DNA of 64,000 nucleotides from an uncultured Gemmatimonadales bacterium (GTDB lineage Bacteria; Gemmatimonadota; Gemmatimonadetes; Longimicrobiales; RSA9): NCBI GenBank assembly GCA_963708135.1, contig OY970192.1, positions 3,392,001 to 3,456,000 of the forward strand, read 5' to 3'. Shown piece by piece: positions 9,445 to 18,527 of this stretch (position 1 is its first letter; each line of letters starts with the position of its first letter). The notes under the pieces were generated by a model. It saw only the letters and a program-made list of their open reading frames with translations, ran no database searches and was not told where the DNA came from. The position numbers and the translations under genes were made by a program.

Positions 9445-10296
9445 CTATCCCACCGCCCTCCCCCGCACCGCCGTCCACGACAGCGCCCGCACCGGCTCTC
9501 CCGTGTCCAGGTCCCTGTTCGGCAGCGTGTCGAGCCCGGCAGCCGCGTGGTGCGCCAGCAGCTCGGGGAAGGCGCGCAGATGGGCCGAGACGGCGGCGGC
9601 GAGACGTGGAGATGGTCGTACCGGGCCGAGGACGACGCGGACCAGGCGGGGCACCTTGCGCCCCGGCCAGGCCGGCGGCGGCGCTCCCGTCGCCAGGCGG
9701 CGCTCGAGCAGCAGCACGGGCCGGATGCAGCGGGCCAGTGAGCGTCCCGCGGCGAGGATCGTGCGCGCCGCGATGCGGAGGGCATAGACGTCGCGGAGCA
9801 CCGCGGCGAGGAAGCGGGCCTCGAGGCTGCCGAACCGCGCTCCGGCGGCGGCCCGGCCGAGTGCGCCCGTCCCCGCCACGTAGCCGACCTCCAGCCCCAG
9901 CTCGACGCGCAGGTGGGCATCCTCGAAGGCGTGGGGGTCCGGCGGCACCCGGGCTTCGGCGCGGAGCAGCGCACGAGCGTCGGCGTTGACCACCGGGTGC
10001 AGCGCGCCGTCCACGAGCACGTGCGTGAGCCAGCCCCAGGCGTAGCCGCGCTGGACGTCGGTGCGCGCGCCATCGATGAGCGCGCGGCACAGGTCGCCGC
10101 TGTGGTGGGTGTGGACGAGATCGGAGAGAAAGTGCGCGCCGCCTGGATAGAGCCCCATGTCCGGGGCAAGGGCGCCGAAGAGGAACGCCCGCACCGCCCG
10201 CTCGTCGCCCGCGGCGAACGGCGCCGCGCGACCGCCGGCGCGCCACGCCTCCAGCAGCGCGGCCGCGTGGTGGAGGTGGACGGCGATCCCGGGCAA
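9445..10296 (-). CDS. Zinc-dependent phospholipase C family protein
   Basis: N-terminal PG..VH, GALAPD, LVH, GWLTHVLVD..LHP, H.RVE pattern; TTG start. Confidence 0.72.
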   Translation of the reverse strand: MPGIAVHLHHAAALLEAWRAGGRAAPFAAGDERAVRAFLFGALAPDMGLYPGGAHFLSDLVHTHHSGDLCRALIDGARTDVQRGYAWGWLTHVLVDGALHPVVNADARALLRAEARVPPDPHAFEDAHLRVELGLEVGYVAGTGALGRAAAGARFGSLEARFLAAVLRDVYALRIAARTILAAGRSLARCIRPVLLLERRLATGAPPPAWPGRKVPRLVRVVLGPVRPSPRLAAAVSAHLRAFPELLAHHAAAGLDTLPNRDLDTGEPVRALSWTAVRGRAVG

Positions 10297-10303
10297 GCGC
10301 GCC

Positions 10304-11425
10304 TCAGGCGGCGACGGCGCGATCCGCGCGCGCCCGCACAAGGCGCGCGACCGCGACCGCCGCGTCCGCCCGTCCGAGCGCGGCGGCGCGGGCCGCGAGC
10401 GCCCGGCCCGGCGCCGGCTCGGCGAAGAAGCGCCGGAGCATCGCCCGCAGCATGTCGCCATCCGGGGCGGCGATGGCCGCACCGGCGCCGATGAGGACCG
10501 CCGCATTGCCCTCCTCGTGGCCGGGCACGCCGCGGGTCAGGATCAGCGGCGTGCCGACCGCCAGCGCCTCGCTCGTGGTGAGGCCGCCGGGCTTGGTCAC
10601 GACCACGTCCGCGGCGCGCATGAGCCGGTCGATGTCCTTCACGTACCCGAGCGGCGTCAGCGCCGGGCCGGCCCGGCGCGCGACCAGCCGCCGCCGGGCC
10701 GCATCGTTGCGGCCGCACACCGCCAGCACCCGCAGCCCGGGCACGCCGGAGGCGAGGGCCGCGTCCACGGCCTCCTCGACGGCGAAGCCGAGGCCGCCTC
10801 CCATGACGAGCGCCACGGGCCCGCGCCGCTCGAGGCCCAGAGCCCGCCGGGCCGACTCCCGGTCCGGACTCGCCGCGAACCGCGCGGAAAGCGGGATCCC
10901 GGTGACGTCCACGCTGGCCGCCACGCCCCGCGCCCGGAGCTCCCGCGCCAGCGCCGGCAGCGCGACGAAGTACTGCGCCACGCCCCGCTGCACCCAGTAG
11001 CGGTGCAGCGTGAGATCCGTGACCACCAGCGAGAACGGAGGCATTCCCGGCCGCCCGGCACCGAGCTGGCACGGCAGGAAGTGCGTGCACACCACTGCCT
11101 CCCAGCGGCCCGAGCGGACCAGCCGCCGGAAGCGCCGGAACAGCACCCGCTGCGCCACCCCGCCCCAGGCGGCCGTGTCCGGCCCGCGGCCGTCCGTGCA
11201 CGCGTAGATCTCCGCCCAGAGCCCCGGCGCCCGCGCCGCAATCAACTCGTAGCCGCCGCCGTACGCCGCCGCCAGCCAGCGCGGCGCGAGGGCCAGTATG
11301 TCCACGTGCTCCACCGGCCGCCCCGGCGACTCCGCCGCGAACGCCTCCCGCAGCGCCTCGCCCGCCCGCACGTGCCCGGTGCCCGCGCTGCCCGAAACAA
11401 TGAGGATGCCTCGATCGGCCGTCAT
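10304..11425 (-). CDS. MGDG synthase / UgtP-like diacylglycerol glycosyltransferase (GT28)
   Basis: GTGHVRAG, CTHFLP, VVTD...HRYW, VTGIP, TKPGGLTTSEA, PGHEEGNA. Confidence 0.9.
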   Translation of the reverse strand: MTADRGILIVSGSAGTGHVRAGEALREAFAAESPGRPVEHVDILALAPRWLAAAYGGGYELIAARAPGLWAEIYACTDGRGPDTAAWGGVAQRVLFRRFRRLVRSGRWEAVVCTHFLPCQLGAGRPGMPPFSLVVTDLTLHRYWVQRGVAQYFVALPALARELRARGVAASVDVTGIPLSARFAASPDRESARRALGLERRGPVALVMGGGLGFAVEEAVDAALASGVPGLRVLAVCGRNDAARRRLVARRAGPALTPLGYVKDIDRLMRAADVVVTKPGGLTTSEALAVGTPLILTRGVPGHEEGNAAVLIGAGAAIAAPDGDMLRAMLRRFFAEPAPGRALAARAAALGRADAAVAVARLVRARADRAVAA

Positions 11426-11469
11426 GGTCGCCTCCCCGGCTCCCGGTTCGTCCGCAATCTCGCCGGCGG

Positions 11470-11500
11470 CCATCACGGACGGGTCACGGTGCGGTAAAAC
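11470..11500 (+). promoter_or_regulatory. Pho-box-like 11-bp direct repeats
   Basis: ATCAC 11472, GTCAC 11483, GTAAA 11494. Confidence 0.5.
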
Positions 11501-11638
11501 GTTGCGCGGTCGAGCGGAAACGATCCCCCGAACCCCTGGCTCCCACCCGCCCCTCCGCTTACCTTGCCGCCGCCGCACGCGCCGCGGCCCGCGGGCGCCG
11601 CGCCCCGGTTCGCCCCCGCCACGGAGCCTCAGGCGACG

Positions 11639-12091
11639 ATGCTGCCGCACGCCTTCTTCCTCCTCGGCCTGCTCGCCACCTCCGCGGCCTTCGCGCTCCT
11701 CGAGATCCAGATCGAGGACGGCCACGGCTGGGCCGGCGCGCTGCCGACCTGGCGCTTCGAGAACCGCTGGACCCGCCGCTTCCTCGGCGCCCGCCCGATC
11801 ACGGGCTACCACCTCTTCATGCACGTCCTCGTGCTGCTCCTCGCGCACCTCGCCTACTTCGTGGGCGTGCGGCCGATGCTCCGGCTCGAGGCGCGGATCC
11901 TCGCCTTCGTCATCCTGTTCTGGATCCTCGAGGACTTCCTCTGGTTCATCTTCAACCCCGCCTGGGGGCTGCGCCGATTCCGCCGCGCCGAGATCCCCTG
12001 GCACGCCCGCTCCTGGTGGTGGATCATGCCCCGGGATTACTGGATCTTCCTACCCGTGGCGGGGCTGCTGTACTGGCTCGGCTGGCGGTGA
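11639..12091 (+). CDS. Hypothetical Trp-rich membrane protein
   Basis: About 4 TM segments; EIQIEDGHGWA, TGYH, EDFLWF motifs; typical codon usage. Confidence 0.8.
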   Translation: MLPHAFFLLGLLATSAAFALLEIQIEDGHGWAGALPTWRFENRWTRRFLGARPITGYHLFMHVLVLLLAHLAYFVGVRPMLRLEARILAFVILFWILEDFLWFIFNPAWGLRRFRRAEIPWHARSWWWIMPRDYWIFLPVAGLLYWLGWR

Positions 12092-12172
12092 GGGAGGGAG
12101 AGGGGGAGGGGGAGGGGGAGGGTGGGGATGCGGATTGGGGTGAGTACAGGGTGAGGGTGAGGGCGAGGGGGG
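12092..12172. repeat. G-rich (GGGGGA)/(GGGTGA) hexamer tract between convergent genes
   Basis: Visible low-complexity repeat. Confidence 0.85.
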
Positions 12173-12175
12173 GAC

Positions 12176-12586
12176 TCAGCTCACACGCGCGGCCGCCAGC
12201 ACGCGCTTCCACTGCTCGTCGGTGACGGGCTGCACGGCCACGCGCGGCATGCGGACGAAGCTCATCTGCGCGAGCTCGGGATCGGCCTTGAGCTCGGCGA
12301 GCGGGAGCGGACGGGGAAGGGCGGCCTCGGGCACGAGGTCCACGACCGCGCGGTCGGGGGCGGTGGGGTCGGGGTAGGGGCCGCGGGCGACGGTGGCGGT
12401 GCCGACGAGCGCCTTGTCGGGGGCGGTGTGGTAGAGGAGGACGGCGTCGCCTTCCTCGACCTTGCGCAGGTTCCGTTGCGCGGCGCTTCCGGCGATGCCG
12501 TCCCAGACGGCGCGCTTCTCCCGGACGAGCTCGGCCCAGCCGTAGCTCTTCGGGTCGGCGAGGAAGACCCAGCGCTGCGCGGCCAT
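12176..12586 (-). CDS. EVE domain protein
   Basis: W...DPKSYGW, WDGI...AQRNL, GDAVLLYHT, RVAVQPV..EQW. Confidence 0.85.
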   Translation of the reverse strand: MAAQRWVFLADPKSYGWAELVREKRAVWDGIAGSAAQRNLRKVEEGDAVLLYHTAPDKALVGTATVARGPYPDPTAPDRAVVDLVPEAALPRPLPLAELKADPELAQMSFVRMPRVAVQPVTDEQWKRVLAAARVS

Positions 12587-13920
12587 CAGGGGGCGCCCGC
12601 GGGGGTGGAGGGCGAGTGCGTCGCGGCGCCGTCGCCGTCGCCCCGCGCGACCTCTCCGTCGCGCCCGGCTCCGTTGCCCGCCCCTTCCGCGTACTCCGCG
12701 CAGCAGGCGCGGACCTCGGCGTCGCTGAGCACGTGGTCGGTGCGCTTGGCGAGGTCGAACACGTGCTGGCAGAGGCCCTCGTCCGCGGCATCGAAGCCGT
12801 GCTCGGCGAGCCAGTGCTTGACGTTGGACATGCCGCTCACGTGGCTGATCTCGATGACCTGCCGGCGGCCGAAGAACGCGGCGGGCACGCCGGAGTAGAC
12901 GCGGTCGGCCAGCCACTCGTCGCCCTTCTGGCGCGCCTTGATGATGGCGGCGGCATGGACGCCGGTGCCGGTGCGGAACGCGTCCGCGCCGATGACGGAG
13001 TAGCTCGGCGCGATCGGCACGCCGGTGGCGCGGGAGACGGCCTCGCAGTAGTCGGAGAGGCGCGCCAGGTCGTGGTCGTGGATGCCGAGCAGCTTGAGGT
13101 TCACGAGCAGCACGTCCATCTCGGTGTTGCCGACCCGCTCGCCGATGCCGAGCGCCGTGCCGTGCACGCGCTGGGCGCCCGCCTCGATGGCAGCCAGCGT
13201 GTTGGCGAGGCCGAGGCCGCGGTCGCGGTGGCCGTGCCAGTCGATCCCGACGTCCTTCCCGGTCGGCGCGACGATCTCCTCGCGCACGAACCGGACGAGC
13301 TGCCGGACGCCCTCCGGGATGGCGTGGCCGACCGTGTCGGCGATGCAGATGCGCCGGGCGCCGCACTCGATGGCCAGCGTGTAGAGCCGCTTCAGCACCT
13401 CCGGCCGCGCGCGCGTCGTGTCCTCCGTGACGTACATCACCGGCAGCCCCTCGGCGGTCGCGAAGGTGACCGCGTCCTCCGTCGCCTGGAGCATCCGGTC
13501 CAGCGTCCAGCCTTCGGCGTACTGGCGGATCGGCGACGAACCGATGAACGTACAGGCCTCGATCGGGATGCCGGTCTCCTGCGAGATGCGGGCGATCGGC
13601 TCCACGTCGGCGCGAACCGTGCGGGCCGCGCAGTTGGCGCCGATCGGCAGCCGGTTGCCAGCGATCTCCCGCGCCAGCGCCCGCACATCCGCGACGGCGC
13701 GCGGCCCCGCGCCGGGCAGCCCGATGTCCGCCGTGTGGATGCCGAGCGCGACCATGAGGTTGAGGATCTCGAGCTTGGCCTCGATCGGCGGGTCGAGCAC
13801 CGACGGCGACTGCATCCCGTCGCGCAGCGTCTCGTCGTCCAGCTCGATCCGCCCGACGCGCGTGTAGTCGAACGCGCCGGGCGCGCTGTTCCAGTCGTAG
13901 ATCAGATCGTCGTGCTGCAT
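12586..13920 (-). CDS. leuA: 2-isopropylmalate synthase-like DRE-TIM enzyme, short form
   Basis: DETLRDGMQ, ADTVG, HGHRDRGLG, GIGERVGN; no C-terminal regulatory domain. Confidence 0.75.
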   Translation of the reverse strand: MQHDDLIYDWNSAPGAFDYTRVGRIELDDETLRDGMQSPSVLDPPIEAKLEILNLMVALGIHTADIGLPGAGPRAVADVRALAREIAGNRLPIGANCAARTVRADVEPIARISQETGIPIEACTFIGSSPIRQYAEGWTLDRMLQATEDAVTFATAEGLPVMYVTEDTTRARPEVLKRLYTLAIECGARRICIADTVGHAIPEGVRQLVRFVREEIVAPTGKDVGIDWHGHRDRGLGLANTLAAIEAGAQRVHGTALGIGERVGNTEMDVLLVNLKLLGIHDHDLARLSDYCEAVSRATGVPIAPSYSVIGADAFRTGTGVHAAAIIKARQKGDEWLADRVYSGVPAAFFGRRQVIEISHVSGMSNVKHWLAEHGFDAADEGLCQHVFDLAKRTDHVLSDAEVRACCAEYAEGAGNGAGRDGEVARGDGDGAATHSPSTPAGAP

Positions 13921-13957
13921 GGCAGGCGGCTCCTGGAGGGGCGGGCATCGCCTTCGA

Positions 13958-13987
13958 AAGATGACCGGCGGCGCGTTACCTTGTCAA
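13958..13987 (-). promoter_or_regulatory. sigma70-like promoter TTGACA-N18-CATCTT
   Basis: Perfect -35 upstream of the leuA-like gene. Confidence 0.5.
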
Positions 13988-14062
13988 ACGGGCGAGGCGC
14001 CTTTCGCGCCGCGGGAGCGACCCGCGGCCTGGGCGCCGCCCGCCGCCGGGAAAGGGATCGGG

Positions 14063-15304
14063 ATGAGCTCAGTCAGGGATCGGAGGCCGGACGCGAACCC
14101 CCTGGCCGCCCTCGAGGCGGACCCCGCCGTGGCGGAGGCCCGGCGCCTGGCGCACGCCGGCGACGAGGAGACGCTCGCCGACATGCTCGAGCTCGTGGCC
14201 ATCCCCGCGCCGCCCTTCGGCGAGGAGGAGCGCGGCCGCCGGCTGGCGGAGCGGTTCCGCGAGATCGGCCTGCTGGACGTCGTGACCGACGCCGTTGGCA
14301 ACGTGCTCGGCCGCCTGCCGGGGCCCGCCTCCGGCGAGGCCAGCCCCGTCCTGCTCGCCGCTCACCTCGACACCGTCTTCCCGGAGGAAACCCCGATCCG
14401 CGTGCGCCGCGAGGGCGGGCGCATCCTGGCGCCCGGCATCTCCGACAACTGCCGCGGGCTGGCCGCCATGCTCGCCGTCGGCCGTGCCATGACCGGCGCC
14501 GCCCTCGCGCCGGCGCGCCCGGTCGTGCTCGTTGGCACCGTGGGCGAGGAGGGCGTCGGCGACCTGCGCGGCGTGAAGCACCTCTTCCGCGAGGGCGCGC
14601 CGTGGCGGCGGGCCGAGGCGTTCATCAGCCTCGACGGCACGGGGCTCAGGCGCATCGTCAGCCGCGCCATCGCCTCGCGGCGCCTGCGCGTCGTGATCCG
14701 CGGACCGGGCGGCCACTCCTGGGCCGACTACGGCCTGGCCAACCCGATCCACGCGCTCGCGCTCACCGCCGCGGAGATCGCCCGCACCAGCGTGCCGCAC
14801 CGGCCGCGCACCTCCCTCACCATCGGCCGCATTGGCGGCGGCACGAGCGTCAACGCCATCCCCGACGAGGCCTGGTGCGAGATCGACATCCGCAGCGAGG
14901 GCCCCGCCCCGATCGACACCCTCGAGGCGCGCATCCGCGACGCTCTCTCCTCCGCGCTCTCCGAGGCCGACGCGCACCGCCGCAGGGGCACGCCCGTGCT
15001 CGAGCCGGACGTCGAGCTGATCGGCGACCGGCCCGGCGGCGAGACACCCGCGGACTCCCCGCTGCTCGCCACCGCCCGCGCCGCCACCCTGCTCGTCGGC
15101 GAGTCCACCGAGCTTGTCGGCTCCTCGACCGACGCGAACCTGCCGATCGCGCTCGGCATCCCGGCCATCGCCATGGGCGCCGGCGGGGAAGCGGGCGGCA
15201 CGCACACCACCGAGGAGTGGTACAGCAACGAGAAGGGCCCAGAGGGCGTGGAGCGGGCGCTGCTCACCGTGCTGGGGGTGGCGGGGCTGGCCGGGGCGGG
15301 GTGA
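14063..15304 (+). CDS. M20/M25/M40 family metallo-hydrolase
   Basis: AHLDTVF, PGISDN, GEEG, GGHS, STDAN, HTTEEW. Confidence 0.9.
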   Translation: MSSVRDRRPDANPLAALEADPAVAEARRLAHAGDEETLADMLELVAIPAPPFGEEERGRRLAERFREIGLLDVVTDAVGNVLGRLPGPASGEASPVLLAAHLDTVFPEETPIRVRREGGRILAPGISDNCRGLAAMLAVGRAMTGAALAPARPVVLVGTVGEEGVGDLRGVKHLFREGAPWRRAEAFISLDGTGLRRIVSRAIASRRLRVVIRGPGGHSWADYGLANPIHALALTAAEIARTSVPHRPRTSLTIGRIGGGTSVNAIPDEAWCEIDIRSEGPAPIDTLEARIRDALSSALSEADAHRRRGTPVLEPDVELIGDRPGGETPADSPLLATARAATLLVGESTELVGSSTDANLPIALGIPAIAMGAGGEAGGTHTTEEWYSNEKGPEGVERALLTVLGVAGLAGAG

Positions 15305-15425
15305 GCGGTCGCCGCCCGCGGCCGCGAGGGGCGCAGCCGGTAGCCCGCGCCCGGGACCGACCGGACGCCGCCACCCCCGCGCCGGCGGCCCGCGGCGCGC
15401 CGGCAACGGGCGGCGGAAGCGTCGC

Positions 15426-16166
15426 CTACCGCCCCTCGACGTGCAGCAGCGCGGTCCGGCGCGTGAGGAACACGGCCGCCAGGAACAGGACGAGGCCGGC
15501 CAGGAAGAAGGCGGTCCAGCCCGGGTGCGGCGAGATCCGGCCGTCGAGGAAGAGGTCGCGGGCATAGACGGCGACGGTGAAGGTGGCCACGGCCGCGAAG
15601 AAGCTCGAGTGCTCGCGCCGGATCACGACGCGCCAGGAGAGCGGCAGCTCGGGCCGCGTCCAGCGCGAGAAGTCCGGCAGGAACGCGGGCGTCCGCTCGG
15701 CCCAGCGCTCGTACGCCTCCCCGAAGCTGCGCCGCAGGTACTCCTCCTCGGCGTACATGATCCGCTCGTAGTAGATCCAGAAGACGAGGATCACGATCAG
15801 CTCGAAGCGCCAGGAGCGGACCCACGCGGCGATCCCCGCCCAGAGCAGGAAGTTGCCGAGGTAGAGCGGGTGCCGGACCACGGAGTAGAAGCCGGTCTGG
15901 TTGATGGACCCGCCGCCGGGCGCGCGCGTCTGCCGGGCGGAGGTCCCGGCGGGCACGTGGCCCACGGCGTGGGCGCGGATGAGGAGCCCGAGGAACGCCA
16001 GCAGCAGGCAGAAGCCGGACCAGGCGGCCTCCGCCCACGGCGCGAGCCGCGCCGGCGGCGCCAGCCACAGCTCGACGAGCATCAGCGCGATCAGCAGCAG
16101 CGGGAAATGGCTCCGCTGCTTGAAGAGCCAGGCTCCGCTCCGCTCCCATTCCTCGCGCAGCGGCAC
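15426..16166 (-). CDS. Isoprenylcysteine carboxylmethyltransferase family (LmtA-like lipid A phosphate methyltransferase)
   Basis: GFYSVVRHPLYLGN, YYERIMYAEEEYL, RTPAFLP; GTG start. Confidence 0.8.
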   Translation of the reverse strand: MPLREEWERSGAWLFKQRSHFPLLLIALMLVELWLAPPARLAPWAEAAWSGFCLLLAFLGLLIRAHAVGHVPAGTSARQTRAPGGGSINQTGFYSVVRHPLYLGNFLLWAGIAAWVRSWRFELIVILVFWIYYERIMYAEEEYLRRSFGEAYERWAERTPAFLPDFSRWTRPELPLSWRVVIRREHSSFFAAVATFTVAVYARDLFLDGRISPHPGWTAFFLAGLVLFLAAVFLTRRTALLHVEGR

Positions 16167-16172
16167 GCGGCC

Positions 16173-17383
16173 TAGTACCGCGCCACAGTGGTCATGATGC
16201 GTAAAGGCGGTGGAGCTTGGATCGCGCATCGGAGACAGTGAAACGCCAGGTGGTGGGAGCTCGGACGGCGTTGCGGGGGGTCTCCCAGGCGAGGGTCTCG
16301 GCCCGCAGCCGGTTGACGTTGTCAAGGCGGCGGTGCAGGCACTGGCGACCGAGGATCGAGATCTCGATTTCGGCCATGTTGAGCCAGCTCCCGTGCTTGG
16401 GCGTGTAATGGAACTCGAGCTTGCGCAGGATACGGCGCGCTTCGGCGGCCTCGAAGGTCTCGTACAGGGCTGCGCCCGTGTGGCTGCTCAGGTTGTCGAG
16501 CACGACGCGGATCTTGTCGGCGTCCGCGCAATGCACGTCGACCAGTGCGCGCATCTGCTGGGCGAAGTCCGCATTCGTGCGACGGGCGGTGACGTCCACA
16601 TGCCGCCAGCCTCGCAGCGGCTCCACGAGCAGGAAGAGGTTGGCGGTCCCGCGGCGCACGTACTCGTAGTCGACGCGTTGGCGCCGACCCGGAGCGGCCG
16701 GCACCGGCAGGCGGGTTTCCCCGATGAGCTGGTAGGGCACTTCATCGAAGCACACCACCGGGCGCCGGGGGTCGTAGGGCTCCTGGTAGAGGTCGAGCAC
16801 GTCCTCCATGCGGCAGACGAAGTCCCAACTCACCGTCGGGATGCACCACGCTTCCTTCTGCCAGGGCTTCAGGTCGTTTTTTTTAGAAGCCGTCGGACCG
16901 TCTCGTCCGTGATCGCGTCCACCACACGCAACTCGATCAGCTTGTCGGCCAGGAGCTGCATGGTCCAGCGCACGCGCCCCTCCGGAGGCGCGCTGCACGC
17001 CAGCGCGACCAGGAAGGCTTCCTGCTTGCCGTCCAGCAGCCGGGCTTTGCCCGGCCGAGGCCGATCGTTGAGCGCCCGCTCCAAACCGCCCTCGACGAAG
17101 CGCAGCCGCGTGCGCTCCACCGTGCACTTCCCCAGGTGCAGCGCGGCCGCAATCGCCTTGTCGGTCACGCCCTCGTCGGCCAGCAACAGGATGCGCGCGC
17201 GGTTCACCCGGCGCACCCGCGCCTTGCCGCCCTGGAGCAGGCGCTTGAGTTCGGCCCGCTCGTCGTCCGTGAGGTCCACGATATACTTCTTGGCCATCTG
17301 CCCTCCTCGCTGGGGGTCCGACAGAATGGGCCAACAATATAGCACGGAACTTTAGTCCTCACAATCATGATGGCTGAGTACTA
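16173..17383 (-). mobile_element. IS630-family insertion sequence
   Basis: CTAG at both ends (TA duplication), imperfect TIRs TAGTACCGCGCCA / TAGTACTCAGCCA, transposase inside. Confidence 0.92.
16192..17297 (-). CDS. IS630 transposase (HTH orfA plus DDE orfB joined by a -1 frameshift at A8, 16877-16884)
   Basis: orfA MAKKYIV...RRLLKKTT*; orfB KKNDLKPW, CFDE, LDNLSSH, SWLNMAEIE. Confidence 0.92.
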
Positions 17384-18373
17384 GTCCCCCACGAGCACGC
17401 TGTGGTCGGCCACGGTCACGCTGCCCGCCACCCGCTCGATGCGCACCGAGGCGCCGATCAGCGAGTCGTGCAGGGCGCAGCCCTCGATGGTCGTCTCGCC
17501 GCCCACGATGCAGTCGCGCAGCGTGGAGTCCCGGACCACGCACCCGCTCTCGAGGGTGACGTTCGGCCCGATCTCGCAGCTCTCGAGCGTGACTCCCTCC
17601 TCGACCCGCACCGGGGCGTGCACGCGCACGTTCTCGCCGCCGAGCGGCGGCTGGGCGCGGCCGGTCTCGAGCAGGTGGCGGTTGGTCTCGATGAGGGTGC
17701 CGACCTGGCCGCAGTCGTACCAGCCGGCCACCTCGCCCACGCGGATGCGGGCGCCGTGGTCGATCATGTACTGGAACGCGTCGGTGATGTAGAACTCGCC
17801 GGACGGCCCGGGCGGTCCCTCGAGCGTGTGGTTCACGCCCTCGTAGAAGAGCTTCCAGTCGCGGATGTAGTAGAGTCCAATGTTGGCCAGCTTCGAGATC
17901 GGGTCCTGCGGCTTCTCGACGATGCGCTTCATGTAGCCATCGTCATCGGTGACGATGACGCCGAAGCGCTGGTAATCCTCGACCTCGCGCGCCCAGATCA
18001 CGCCCGCCTCGTCCTCCGGCAGCCGCCGGGCGAGGGTGAGGTCGGCATCGAAGAGGGTATCCACGAAGATGATCAGCACGTCCTGGTCGATCCGGTCCTC
18101 CGCCAGCTTCACGGCGCCGGCGGTGCCGTTCTGCACCGGCTGCTCCACGAAATGCGGGCGGAAGCCGGGGTAGCTGTCGCGGATGTAGTCCTCGATGGAC
18201 TCCTTCAGGTAGCCGGTGATGAAGACGATCTCCTCGACGTCCAGCGCCTGGAGGTCGTCGAGGATGTAGCTCATGACCGGCCGGCCGCCCACGTGCAGCA
18301 GCGGCTTCGGCGTGTGGTAGGTCAGCGGCCGCAGCCGCGTGCCCTTCCCGGCCAGGGGAATGATGACTTTCAC
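17381..18373 (-). CDS. Sugar-phosphate nucleotidyltransferase with C-terminal hexapeptide repeats
   Basis: IPLAGKGTRLRPLT..PKPL, IVEKP, WYDCG. Confidence 0.9.
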   Translation of the reverse strand: MKVIIPLAGKGTRLRPLTYHTPKPLLHVGGRPVMSYILDDLQALDVEEIVFITGYLKESIEDYIRDSYPGFRPHFVEQPVQNGTAGAVKLAEDRIDQDVLIIFVDTLFDADLTLARRLPEDEAGVIWAREVEDYQRFGVIVTDDDGYMKRIVEKPQDPISKLANIGLYYIRDWKLFYEGVNHTLEGPPGPSGEFYITDAFQYMIDHGARIRVGEVAGWYDCGQVGTLIETNRHLLETGRAQPPLGGENVRVHAPVRVEEGVTLESCEIGPNVTLESGCVVRDSTLRDCIVGGETTIEGCALHDSLIGASVRIERVAGSVTVADHSVLVGD

Positions 18374-18527
18374 GAACAGCCTCCGAGCGTGCGCGATCGT
18401 TCCCGGCGCCGCGGCCGCGGCGCGGCTCCCGCCCCCGACGCACGGATGATTCCAGCGCCCCAGTGGCCCCGCGTCCGCTTCTTGCTTCCTCACCCGCGCC
18501 CCGGGGGGCGGGCGTGCCGCGCCGAAG

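Noticed and set aside
12616..15567. 983-aa ORF and many other long Arg/Ala/Pro-rich ORFs
   Set aside because: Shadow or antisense frames typical of very high-GC DNA, overlapping well-supported genes
16877..16884. Transposase frameshift as pseudogenisation
   Set aside because: An A-run at the KKN/KKT junction is the usual programmed frameshift of IS630 elements
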